Assembly (NCBI RefSeq): GCF_001186125.1
Contig: NW_014040245.1
Span: forward strand, 8,294-72,293
Source: Sphaeroforma arctica JP610
Lineage: Eukaryota
Reading direction: 5' to 3'
Length of the DNA: 64,000 bases
Part shown: positions 48,901 through 62,233 of the stretch, in pieces
Layout: every line of letters starts with the position of its first letter
How positions within the stretch are numbered: the stretch's first letter is position 1
The notes under the pieces: generated by a model
What the model saw: the letters and a program-made list of their open reading frames with translations, nothing else
Databases searched by the model: none
What the model was told of the DNA's origin: nothing
Made by a program: the position numbers and the translations under genes

Positions 48901-50796
48901 TGTTGAATGATCCAGGTGCCCCGGCGTATTGGTGGCGATGAGCTGCACGATTGTAGTGGTAATGCGTACTAGCTACGTAACAGACCACGTTGTCATATAG
49001 CAGACACCTTTCGATACCCTAGATCACGGGCGTGAGCTTAAAGTACGCGCTTGTCAATAGACAAATTGCGCAAGTAGACATGTTCCATAGATATGCAGCA
49101 CGTCTCTGTACAACTGCCAATTTCGCGGAGGAGTAGACTGTACTATTCCATGACCTGCGCCGTATAAAGGTTTTTCCCCCGCCATTGAATACAGGACAAC
49201 GCCGAAAAGGGCTATGACGCGCTGGCGTGTGAGATCTCCAAGGGCAAGCATCGCAAAACAAAGCTGAAGACACTGTGCCAATGCATGTGCCCTAAGCGCA
49301 TGTTGCAGGTACATAAATGATCATTATGTTTTGGCTTTCTCTATTTATCTTTTATGTCATATATCGAACAAACCATCCCAACTGTTAGCTGATGTCTCCA
49401 ATTGTGCAAATTAAGAGAGTCTGGGTGTACTTTACTAGAGCCCGAGCTTACATTGTGGGTGGCGGAGGCTTTTGTACAATTTAAAATATATATATTATGC
49501 CTTTTGTTGGTACTGCATTCGGTGGATATTTGTGCCTGTTCGCGACCATAGTAGTGGCAACAAATGTACAAGCGTACGGTTCGCGAGAGAATCCGCTCAT
49601 GATTGCATGCAGTGTATGGATGTTTACGATTCTGATGCGCATGTACATATGTAGAGCTAAGATTGCGTATCACTTGTTCAAGAAACCATGGAGGGGTAAT
49701 TGACGCCTAAGTACTCAAATCTATTGTGCTATTCATTTCATCTATCATTTAACAACAGAAACTGCAACAGAAACTCGACAGCGATCCCTACTACAGATAT
49801 CTACACTTCAACAGTTGCTCAGCAAGCACAAGGATAAAGAAGCTGATTACCTACATGTTAGTCTCAAGGGACAAAGTAGGCTTGCCAGTGAGCATCAGCA
49901 TCAAGCAGGATACCTTGAAGAAATTCGCACTCATCAAGTATGGTGGGAAAAAAAGGGATTTGTCCTGTGGTGTGTATACCTCAAGCAGGGCTAAACTTTA
50001 TCGTACTACCAAGCAGGTGTGCTGTGTGTATGAACGTCTCACGCCCTTTCAATCCGATCAACGCGTCAATCAACACTAGCTCATATCTTTCACCGCTAAG
50101 AGCTAAACTGTGCATGGTAGTGTTCCACTTAACGTATACTGATAGCAATCTATCAGCGACAGGGGAGGGCTTCTGTATCTTTTGAGACATTTTCTATTGA
50201 CAAGCCATTTATAAACATATATTGCACTGTCGATTTCATATTCTCACATTGTATGGTTACCTAAGTCCACGCTCTAACATTGCCGGTACACAGATTGCGA
50301 TACTACGCAGGAGGGAATCCAGAGAACAAACGCCTAGCATGGATGGACGTGAAAATCAGATGGCATTCACTGTATTCTGACTACTGTGCTTGCCAGGTAT
50401 CGCCTATATTGTATTGGATTATCTCGCTTACTTGATTGCCTTCAAAATTTGTCAATTGAATGAAGATTAAGACCGTTTCACCTTTTGCTTAAGTTTTCTC
50501 TCTTATTGGTCTCGAACACTGTGTACACGCCTTTAGCTTCAAACTAACATAACAGTATGTAGTGTGTAAAAATTAAGTTTCCTCTAATACCAAACGCTGT
50601 GTACCACGAGTCTCGGGTTGTATCTTAACGGCTTTTATTCTGCACCAATTGACTGTTCCCTCTACACGAATATGTGCAGGTGGGGCCTCATGAGCTTGGT
50701 ATGTGTACTAAGGATATGATCCATCGACTACACCACCAGTATGGCAACTTCTTTCTACCACTAGCGCCTTGGGCGGAGGAGGATGTGAATAGGTGA
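44974..50796 (+). CDS. LicD/fukutin/FKRP-family nucleotidyltransferase-fold type II membrane protein, ~507 aa
   Basis: Exons 44974-45306, 46129-46233, 46617-46868, 47871-48008, 48359-48432, 48656-48764, 49195-49308, 49759-49937, 50294-50396, 50680-50796 (1524 nt, phases compatible). N-terminal hydrophobic anchor. LicD signature YSIEDGSAIGVVRHGGLIPGDKDM|DLQI and C-terminal LHHQYGNFFLP. Middle exons less certain. Confidence 0.75.
46960..47395 (+). repeat. Degenerate pentamer satellite (GAATT/GGATT/GTATT)n in an intron
   Basis: Continuous 5-bp periodicity: TTGAA/TTGGA/TTGTA/TGGGA. Confidence 0.9.
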
Positions 50797-51469
50797 ACAG
50801 ATACAACAAATAGGTCACTTGTGCATACTATTGTTTCCACCATTCAATTAGCCAAGTACGAACTCATCTTGTATGTATGATGGGTGGGGCATAGTGTTCA
50901 ATGAAATATGGTTGGACTACGCCCTTGGTGCAATAGCACTGTTGCTTGTGTTGCTTGGGAACACTGTAATGTTATTATGCATGACATCCATAGGTAGGGC
51001 TTAGGAGTACTTATCTCAAAAAATACATCGAATAATTTGACTATCTAGTCATTTGTAGATTGTTCGATCGAACAGGTGCTTTACATTTGCACTCAAACCC
51101 ATGCCTCGTGTTGCTATTGCGCCGATTTCGTTCCAGGTTGACGGTATTCTTTACTTCTTCTTCGAGTATAGATGTTACTTGATATGCTACGTATATATAT
51201 AAAAATATGCGTGGTTGTATGTGCCTCTATTCTTCAATGTACGGGAAAAAAATTGCCTTGTACCGCTTAGATAGAAATTTGTCACAGTACGTGGATATAA
51301 TGCCGTATGTCGTACTCAATGTTTATACACAGCATAAGCGTCTTGAACTATTTTGCCACTGGGTACCTCCACATTATGTTGTTGATACTATCAATATCCT
51401 GCTCACATGTGTTCTGCTGATTTTATACTTGAACTTCAAGTTGATATGCATTCCTTTGCAAATATAAAT

Positions 51470-51506
51470 TGAATACTCTATGAGTCAATGAGCATATACA
51501 TACACT

Positions 51507-51590
<84 letters not shown>

Positions 51591-52188
51591 ATACTAGTAT
51601 ATATATTATATATATANNNNNNNNNNNNNNNNNNNNTATATANATTATGATATATATATATATATACATTTATTGAATATATATATATTTATTGTGTGTG
51701 TGTGTGCCGTCTCTTATTATAAATTTTAAGTACATATTATACATATGTATATATGTATATATGTACAATTATATGTATATATATATATTTGTATTTATAT
51801 ATATATATAAATAAATGTGTGTGTGTGTATGTATATGTATATATATAATATAAAAGCATAACATATATATGTATATAATTATAAATGTATATGTATTTAT
51901 AATATATATATATATATAGATATGTATATATACAATATATATAAATGCATACATTTTTATAGATAGATATATATATATGTTTGTATGTATGTATAAATAG
52001 TATAAACATATGCATGTATATATATATATATATATGTTTGTTTATGTGCAAATGTATGTCTAATTATATATTCATATCTATATATAGAACTATATATATA
52101 TATTTATATATGTATGTATGTGTGTGTGTATACATATTTATGTTCATGTATTTATATGTGTATATATATATATATATTTGTGTATTTG

Positions 52189-52219
<31 letters not shown>

Positions 52220-52444
52220 ATTTGTGTATATATGTATTAATCGGTATATAGATACTATATATATGTGTGTGTGTGAGAGAGAGAGAGAGAGAGTATGTAT
52301 GTATATTCACTCTATATATATTAATATATATGTATATATATCCAGTGTATATATATATATATATATACATATATATATTCTATATATATATACATATATA
52401 TGTATGTATGTGTTAATATATATATATATATATATATATAAAAG

Positions 52445-52517
<73 letters not shown>

Positions 52518-52614
52518 GGACCTTTATAATTATATTTATATTTATGAATAATTATTCATATTTATATATATATATATACATATATATACATATATACATA
52601 TATATATCTATATA

Positions 52615-52691
<77 letters not shown>

Positions 52692-52720
52692 CTATATATA
52701 TATATGTATATATGTCACAA
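51470..52720. repeat. Large (AT)n/(GT)n microsatellite tract; similar tracts at ~3020-3320, 18650-19590, 23690-24490, 36160-36360, 45690-45980, 58220-58470
   Basis: Directly visible. These tracts generate the spurious IY/YI ORFs, and several contain N gaps. Confidence 0.95.
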
Positions 52721-54830
52721 CTGAACAAATACGTTTTGATGTGAACAACGGACTATTTCTGAACTGTCCGGCCAATAAGTCAGTATTCACTGTAAACACG
52801 TGAATCCCGGTTTGTTTGACTGGTTAGGTAAATTGTCATGCTAGCTTGATCTTGTATGGTTGGCTTGAGAGTGTGGTCTCAGTCCAAGGTTAGAACGAGA
52901 TATAGTAAGGTAATAACCAACTATCATTGGACAGTGCGGCGAAATTTACGTCAACACTGTATACATCGAAGTTTTTCCACTTCACTAGCAAACTGATGCG
53001 CAGTGTCCTATGAAAACACCTGTGCTGGATTGAAATTGAACGCGTCACTATCACCATATCGCTAGTAGTAGAATACAGAAACAATTTGATTTTCAACTTG
53101 AAACTTCTCTACAGTATCAAGCGCCAAGATCATGTATTTGATATCGAAATAGAGGAACAGTGTGCTCCTATATATAACTCCACCTTCAACTGCGAAACCG
53201 TTGTCTCTCAATTCTCAGTGCGATGAAGGCGAAGTGATGGGTAGATGAAAGCAATTTCATATTTATTTGGCATACATGTCGACTAATCTCTCTAATTCTA
53301 AAAGCAAATAGTCGGGTTCGGTAGAAAAAGTGTGCGTAATATTTGGATTATTGTTGGTCATTTCATAGTCTGATATCGAGGTTATTTTGGGTCCTAAACC
53401 GGGCAAGGGAAAAAAAGTTCGTCGCAGATCGAGCCGTGAGGCACGGGGACGGGAAATTAGGTAAAGGGGGTAGAATCGTCATTGATTGGGTTGAGGGGCT
53501 CGTAATTGATGAGACACTAGCCGCACGCGCTAAATGAAGTGGACGTGGCGAGAGTGTTGAAAAATCCGTCGAAGTTGTCATGGGCAGTATTGGCATCGAG
53601 TGTTGTCTATGAGGTCGCTCGTATAAGTCCTGCCTGGGAAGAAGTCGAACTTGTGATATATTTGAGTTTCTCATAACCCGATTAATCTCCATTGATTTCC
53701 TTTCTTGCTCCATTTTGACAGCAGTGTTCTCCTTACACCGTCTCACAGTGCTCCATTGGGCCGCATGGTGTTTTCTGTAGTGTCGGCGGCGGGTGTCTTC
53801 TGATGAATAATATCGATCACACTATCTGAACCTGCATTTGTGTTGTTTTTTGACACTTAAATCGTCAGGGTTGAAAGTTGCATGGTTATACAACAAAGGT
53901 TGAGATGGCATGCTCAGAAATTTACATGTTGCTGATGTTGCTGCCTGTACCAAGTGCACTTGATTGTATGAAAACATGATTTAATATTGCTTTTATGTAT
54001 GTACGTAAACTATCGAGTCCGGTTAAATGAAACGACCGTTGAATTTGATGCTTCGCAAGTATTCATCCTCTCGAACTCAAGTTGTAATCTCTACAACTTC
54101 ATATTGACCCAGTTTCAGATCTCAAAATATAGCTATATTATTCTTAATTCTGAATTCTGCCTCTGTGACAACTGACAGTATTAGTTATTTACATATTTGT
54201 GTATAGAACTTGATAGAAGTGATCTAGTCTCCAGAGGCCCCGAATTTCGGGCTAAGCAGTGCTTAATATCTAATAAAGTCCATTGTACCTATTGATATAC
54301 AATATTCATTTATACTTCCGCTCAAAGAGGAGACAATACTCCAATGTTCAAGCTATTTACTCTGTCATATCTCATAACTCATAAAAGTCATATCAACTCA
54401 AAAGTTCATGGCAGTATGAGTCTTACTCTTTTTAAAAAAAAAGTATTTTGTGTTCAGTTTATTGTTTTCTTTTATTTATAAAAATTGTCTGGATTTTGCC
54501 ATTTCGGATGACTTCATTCTGAGACTTCATTCTGAAACACTTGAGTTTTGACTGTTGAGCGTATGAGACATTGCCGACGTGTATGAACATATATGGTCAT
54601 ATGCCGGATTTTGCACTGTATACTGTGTCTGTGACCTGTGTGCCGTCACTGTGCGTACAGGGTCGAACCAACACTAGAGTGAAGGTATATATAGTACGGA
54701 ATTCCGAATCACAAATGTAAATCTCAGACCACAAAAACTTGGAATATCGATTATTAAAACAACGCCTGCAACTTCGTCCATCGCTAGGGCTGGAACTAAT
54801 TTTATATGGGAGCATCCCATATATTCATAT

Positions 54831-55226
54831 ATGACTGCATTGGCTTACAATGAATACACCCGTGGCCCGTACCCAGTTGTTGACTTTGGTTGTGTTGAAA
54901 GTATTAATGAAGAAAAAGAATTTCAGGCCGCGCTTACGAATGCGAAGATTATCATCGTCGAATTTTATGCGGAATGGTGCGTGCCTTGTGCACGAGCTGT
55001 GCCTGAATATGCACAGCTAAGCTCAACATACTCACCTGAGGGTATCAAATTTTACAAGATTGATACCGATAAACTCAGTATACTATCGCAAGTTGAAGGG
55101 GTGGACTTAATACCTACGTTCAAGATATATAAGTCTGGGGTATGTGTCTTTACTGTAGAGGGGTCTGACAAAGGCGAGATTACTCGCCAACTTCAGGTGC
55201 AGGTATCTGTAGATATTGAAGTTTGA
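54831..55226 (+). CDS. Thioredoxin-family protein (WCVPC active site)
   Basis: Motifs IIVEFYAEWCVPC, FYKIDTD, IPTFKIYKSG, VEGSD. The 3' end may be spliced (donor-like CAG|GTATCT near 55202). Confidence 0.85.
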   Translation: MTALAYNEYTRGPYPVVDFGCVESINEEKEFQAALTNAKIIIVEFYAEWCVPCARAVPEYAQLSSTYSPEGIKFYKIDTDKLSILSQVEGVDLIPTFKIYKSGVCVFTVEGSDKGEITRQLQVQVSVDIEV

Positions 55227-58221
55227 TTGACGCGCCTGAAGAGGCAGAGGCTCGACAGTAAACATATCAAGAGCACCACCAAAAGGTGGCAGAACAGAAC
55301 ATATTAAACATTCATTAATACATATGTATTTTGTTCAATTTAGCTGCACTAATACTCTTGTATTTGAAAGTTATTAAATAGTGACTGTTTGTAGAATTGA
55401 GCTTTGTGTATAGACTACATACCAGACCAAAGAAATTTACAGTATGTATTCTAGTAGTGTCATGATGCATCATTGTGGTTTCCTTGGAGAATGGCTGTCG
55501 TTCAATCACAATATCGCCCCCGCACTAAGGAAACTGAAAAAAAAATCAAAGAAATCAAATAATAGGCTGTAGAGTAATCTTGAAGTTGCGTGACATTTAT
55601 TGCTCAGGCTGCCGTGGTGGTAAGTAAATACTCCCTGAAGAATCGTCCCGTACTTTTATGTCTCATTTCAATCTAGGATTGGAAAACAGGCTTTTGCGTC
55701 ACTTCAGCCTGTAGATGGCTGGCCGTAACGATGAGGGCCTTGATACTGGCAATGCCTGATCAAATTACGTTTTATAAAAATTGTACTCGTGAATATCTCA
55801 TGTGGGTGAATTGTGTGATTCAATTTTCAGGTTTGGCGAGTCAATAGTGTTTCGCTTTAAATCGTATAGATTTACTATAAGATCCAAGATAGAGTGTAGG
55901 AGCAGCTTCAAGAGGCAGTTTCCTATAATCGAGTGCGATTTTTGTTATCAAATTATTCTAATCACTACACCCCACTTGACATTTTGTCTGTAAAAACCGA
56001 GATCTAGTCGGTTATTTTTTTGACTAAAAGTTGGCACATAATCGGAGTCTTGTCACTTCATTATCAATATCATGTTCGATATACGGTATGAAGCACCAGT
56101 AATGGTCTGCACACGTCAGCTTCGCCATATTCTCGTTGTATAATACATTATCCGCATCACTTACAGTTTACTGCTACTGAAGTAGGAAGTGTCATGGTAC
56201 CAAGAGATGATGCGTATAGCTTTACCATCTACTGTAAAATCAATATCGTGTATATAGTTATATCTCAGTGCAACGAACTCAGACCTATGGATAATGTTTA
56301 TAAATGACTTCATAATTGTTTGGCATGGTTGACGATCAAACTCTGCAACTAGAAAAGAATACAGTCGGTTTATTACACGAAGTGGGAAAAATGATGTTTG
56401 ATTGGTATTTGCTTAGGTTATTGTTGTCATTGCAGTAGGCGATGTCAAAGTTGTGTCGGATGCTAAGCTGAAAAGGGGGTAAACTCGTTATTGATTGTTT
56501 TGAAAGAATTTGAAGTGGGTGTAGAAAATTGTAGATCTTATGGGCACCAATAGTATTGTATTCTTTATCGGATTATCTGGGTAGTCATATTTGTTGCGAT
56601 ATATTCGGAAAGCGTACAATTCGGTGATCAATTTTCTTTTTGTTTCTTTGTTGGTTCTTGTTGGCCACATTATTCTCCGTGCACCGCCTCGCCAGCGCTC
56701 TATTGGGCCGCATAGTGTTTTCTATAGTGTCAGTAGCGGCTGGCTTCGGATTGGAATAGTATCGATCACACTCCATAGACCTGCATTTGGAATATTTAAT
56801 TACACTTGTATGTTCAGATGTGATGCAAAGTGCCCTGTGTTCAAGACTTCCAAGTGTTTTTGTTTAAAATACAGTATACACAGTTTGGGAAGAATTGATC
56901 TAATTGAGTTGATACATATGCTGTTCACTGTTCAGGACTTCAGGCTACAGCAACAACCAATCAACCACTCACCTCGAAATATTAGTGAGGCACCAATGAG
57001 ACTCATGAGTACATCCTGATATCATATGATTAGCAAAAAAAAATACTAATAATGTGTGACGTATGCAAATCAACTCATTATCTGTGACTTTCCGAGTGGT
57101 AGAGTACTCTAGAAACTAGAGTTATACCTTTCAGTTTCATTGCCCTCTGGAACAGTGGAATCCCGAATCTGGATATGTATGTATAGTTGTATACATTTGC
57201 CTTATGGTAAAGTCTCTCGAAAAATGACTTTCTCCCCGGAGAGGCGGAGACTTACAATCCAAATTCCAGAGAGATACTCATACATATGTATGCAAAATAT
57301 TTTTATGAGGAAATCCGAAATATGTACCATATTACAATTTACATGTTTGATATATTTACTCGAGCATTCCGTATTGTCATACATTTTCACATGCCTGCCC
57401 TCTAGTATACCCTTTGAAGCTTTTAGCATGATCTGAGAGCTATTAAGAAACATACATGTTATACGATACAAGCAGTCTACACATCAGTTAGCAGATATTC
57501 ATACCACTCCTTGTCAGGCGTTGGGACTCGGTTACGAATCTCAAGCGGTTAGATAGTTCTCCTATCTGCAATTTACAGTCGCAGAGAGGATATTAACGGG
57601 ACTTGTAACTAATTGTTTGATCTTAATAAGACTACAAACTAAGAATTTATGTAGAGTCTCTCTCTCTGAGTCTCCAGAGAGACAAGTCTTTTTAATTTAA
57701 AGTCTAGAGTCTAGACTTTACATATAACATACATACTCTCTTCGATAATTCTCTCTCTCTAGTATAGAGAGATACATAATTTTAAAAACTAGAGAGATGA
57801 CAGATCATCACGTCAATGTGAGATGCTGCGGTCATAAAACACTATCGGACAGGCAATTCTTGAAGTCTGTGTCTCAGCGAAAATTGTCTTTTGATAAAGT
57901 AAAAATGCTGGTGTGCGACCCGATGTCTTATTCTATTCAATGTCCAGTCTCCAGAGCCCAGACTCGTGAGGGCCGTGATTAACTGATTATGTAGTAGATA
58001 TATATTTTATATTTTTCTATCAAATGATTCAAATCGCCAAAATTCTGTTCTTATTTGACGGGTTCAAATTTCAAAATGCCGGTCACAACTGTGAACAGTG
58101 AACACAGAACAGACAACCGGGAGTCACAAGTCACAAATCGAGGACGAATAAAACAATACCTGATATGTTATGTGTATAAAGTAAAAGTATTTATTTCCAC
58201 GAAATTCACACAGCTTTAATA

Positions 58222-58255
<34 letters not shown>

Positions 58256-58328
58256 CTTATATACATATACACATATATATATACTATTTATATGTATATA
58301 TGGTATATATATATATATATATATATAG

Positions 58329-58393
<65 letters not shown>

Positions 58394-59570
58394 TATAATA
58401 TAATATTATATCATATAATATATATAAAATAAATTAAAATGAAATAATATATTATATATTTGTATATATATAAAACCATATTAGGTATATTATAGTCCAA
58501 CCATGCAAAGCTCGAAAGCACATATGTACACGTACATGCAGCAAACGCAGAATGATTCGAAAAATATTTGGTGGTACTTAGGCTCAATACTCGTGTCGCA
58601 AACTCGTACGGTTTTATGATACTATTCCCTGTCGAGAAGAGTATTCTCCACATCTAATTAACTAAGTCAAGCTCAGCTTTCAGCCCTCTAGCGCACTAAA
58701 TCCCCATATGAACCTTGCATGGCAACATCCAGCTGAATGCTTCAGTTCGATGATCTAACTCTCAAGTCACTACCCAATTTCGTACCACCAATTGAATGTC
58801 ACAGTTACTTTAAAATCGTGTAAGGCAAACAGTGCAAACATCCACGGTACTCAAGTGCTCAAAGAGGTAGGCCAATAACCTTGGCACGACAAGCTGCACG
58901 TGATTTCACGGCCTGTGGTGTACACTGGGTCTACCGTCTGCCTAATTCCCCGTAAGCTAACCCCATGGAAGTCTAAACGAGACCTGGGCTAGCTAGTATC
59001 GTCTGACACTAAACTGCTTACGGCTGCTATGTATGTTCACTAATGTATCCTATACCAGCCATCTCGAAGCTTGGCAGCCGAAACCCCCGCTTTACTTTCA
59101 CTGCATCACACCACACCACCAAATCATCACATGATGCCACCACAATAGTCCCAACATGTGCACGCCTACACTGGAACTACCTAAGATATGCGAGGTTTTG
59201 CGTACGGCCCACGTTTGCTAAAATAACTGCTCACAGACCTAAGTGATATACACGGACTGATTGAAGGATTGCCAGAATATCCGTATTTAAACACGTGTAA
59301 AAACACCGTGCAGATGCATCGCCTCACATACTCATGCTTCATCGCACGAGTGAACAAACCCATGTCGACCTCGTATCCATTTTGTGGACTCCATTGGAGA
59401 CCCAGCAATATACTGCAATCGTTTGCACTCGGCCTCTCTGGAAACGCTTGTTTCCAGGAACCATACCATGTAATTCACATCACCTGCGCTATCAGTGCAA
59501 AGGCACTCGACGCTAAGACCACTGGGCAGCTTTGACACTGAAATTTTCGTCCTTAAGGTATGTGGATTGA

Positions 59571-62233
59571 TCATTCGCTGGCCTTGAGGTTCTTCCTGTA
59601 ATTGGGGAACGTGTCACAAATAGTGGCAAGTTTAGTGCTCGCAACTAAAATTCCAGGAGTTAGGCAGCCAAATGAACGTCAGATGAGCTCTCAATGTATG
59701 CACTACCAATAGGTAGCCATTTTTGGGGATGGCAGATGGGGTACAACAAAGCAATAACAATTGGGGCGTCCTAGCACTAACAACAAAAAAGCCAAGTAGT
59801 GAAAAAGGCTTGACCAATTAATCACAAAGGGCTACACAAGCAATAACAAATGACAGCACAGGCACCAACGAAGAAACACGCAACCAATAGCAAGCGATAT
59901 GTACCGAGTGAACGCAAAGCTCGTCCGAGCGATAGCAAATGACAGCACAGGCACCAACGAAGAAACACGCAAGCAATAGCAAACGATCTGTACCCAGTGC
60001 ACGCAAAGCCCGTCCAAGCGATAGCAAATGACAGCACAGGCACCAACGAAGAAACACGCAAGCAATAGCAAACGACATGTATCGAGAGCACGCAAAGCCC
60101 TTCCCAGCGATAGCACATGGCGCTAAAAATCCAGATACAAGCATAAGCAAAATAATCCCGGGTCATTAAATTTACGGCGACAAACACGCAATATCCATAG
60201 TAAACTTAGACCAACCTGAAGCATTCATACAAATATTAATAGGCTAGGGTTTTGACAGTGACTGGCAACCTTTTTCTACAGACATATAAGGACCTATAAA
60301 CTATCTTGTGTGTGTATAAAGAACTAAGCCTGAAAACCTCTATAGGCAGAGGCACTCCACTTACCACAGACCGTATTCCACTCCCACTTCGTGCTGCCAG
60401 AGGCGAATGGTACCATCTTCAGATCCGGAAGCGTACAGCATACCGTCGGGAGAGTACCTCACAACGTGCACTGGTCCGTGATGGCCCTTGTACACATCTA
60501 ATTTCAAAAAGTAGAAAGAAATATACTGCTATCAGTACTCAGCGTGGATGGGTAACAATGTGGTACTCTGCATTATCTTTCACAGGCGTGAGTGGTGGAA
60601 TCTTGAAATTGCCGATTGCAAGAACGGTCAGGTACAGAGTATATGTGTGTAGCAAGCAAGGAAAAATGTCGGTACTGTGAGTGTGCATGGTGACATAAAA
60701 TAGACTGGATATGATACACTTGGAAGATATCAGACAGATAGTTTCTAATCGGTCAACGATTTAACAGCCGAAACACACCAAACAACCCTTCTGAGTCTAC
60801 CAACTGCAGCATACCAACCCAAGCGCGACAACCAACGTAAATACGCAATTTTGCATACATTGCACTTGAATGATCTTTATATATATATATATATATATAT
60901 ATACTTATATATATATGTGTGTATATAAGAATATGAATCATGTACCTAGTTCCTTCTGCGTTTCGTAGTCGATGACGTGTAGGTAAAAATCCTCGCCTCC
61001 GCACACTAACCGGGTCTTGTCTGGATTTAGAGAGGCCGAATTGATTGGGCATCCCACTTCGAAGGACTTCACACTATCCAGCGTGGATGAGTTGATAAGA
61101 TCCACCTTGAAAGGTGATGAAGAAGCAGCGCATAAGGATAGTGCAAATTAGTATATATATACTTGTGCATTGCGTATGTAAGCCTATACACATGCATGTC
61201 GAATTTATCCAGGGTAACAACAAAAATGTACTCTTTGCACGTACATACTAATTGTCTATGTTAAAATGAGAAGCTGTGTATACCTTGTGTCCGTGTGTGA
61301 CCACGAGGTGTTCGCCATCCGAGGTGGCCTGCATCGAGGTGACGGGCGCGTCGAACGTGCGCACGTGTGCGGCTGCACCTGAGCGGATGTCCCACAGACG
61401 CACTTCTTTGTCTTCACTGCTACTGATGACGATGTTCTCATCTGCGAACCGTGGATAGACAAGCAGTTGGGTACTGAGGTTTGGATATGCTAGCTGCGAA
61501 AACAAATAATGATACAAAAAAAGTACCACTTGTCCAGACTGCTACTAAAAACGACATTTCTATCTGCAAACCGGGTTGCAGATGAGTCGTTGAGTATTGT
61601 TGCTACCGATATCTGAGAAAGAGATATATATATTTATATACATATATATAGAANNNNNNNNNNNNNNNNNNNNTAATTCAGAAGCTTATTATGCGTTCTA
61701 AAATAATATATATACATGAACACAACAAGGTAAAAAAATAATTCCGTGCCACAATACCTACGCATACCATTTGGTGCCAGGCATGCCGACGTGATCTTCT
61801 TAGTATGTCCAGGCAAGCGCAATATCTCCTTCTCTGCATGGTTTACATCCCAAAGCCTAATCAGTTTTTCCATGGAGCTGGTAATAACCCTTTTCTCAGA
61901 CTTGTCAAACGCTACCGTGCGCACAATATGGTCGTGTGCAAACTGCAGCATCTCCTTGCCCGTCGTCGCATCCCACAGCCTAGCTGTGAAATCCGCACTG
62001 CCAGTGATCGCTCTGGTAGCCTCGCGATTCAATCTAGCACACCATACCGCTCCCTTGTGGCCCTCAAAAGTGCCTATCCAGTCGCCTTTCTGACCGTTTC
62101 GGATCATGGGTCGACCGTCTTTGCATGCGGAGATCATGAAGAACCCATCCTCGGTTACTTCTGAGAAGTCGAGGTCTACAACAGGCCGTGTGTGCCCACC
62201 ACAAGTGAGTGGGGTTTGCCGTGCGCCAGACAT
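59571..62233 (-). CDS. STRAP: Serine-threonine kinase receptor-associated protein (STRAP/UNRIP), WD40, ~313 aa
   Basis: Exons 62233-61768, 61441-61284, 61105-60946, 60497-60365, 59595-59571 (942 nt). Motifs [67 protein letters not shown]. The last exon is the best of several candidates. Confidence 0.92.
59845..60115. repeat. 89-bp x3 tandem repeat in the last STRAP intron
   Basis: AAATGACAGCACAGGCACCAACGAAGAAACACGCAA at 59848, 59937 and 60026. Confidence 0.92.

Noticed and set aside
59845..60115. Regularly spaced repeats that might look like a CRISPR array
   Set aside because: The whole 89-bp unit repeats (the 'spacers' are homologous), it is intronic in a eukaryotic gene, and there are no cas genes.
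60206..60215. Alternative STRAP terminal exon giving GLWLV*
   Set aside because: The 59595-59571 exon has a better acceptor and restores the family-like GLWK; not fully excluded without RNA data.
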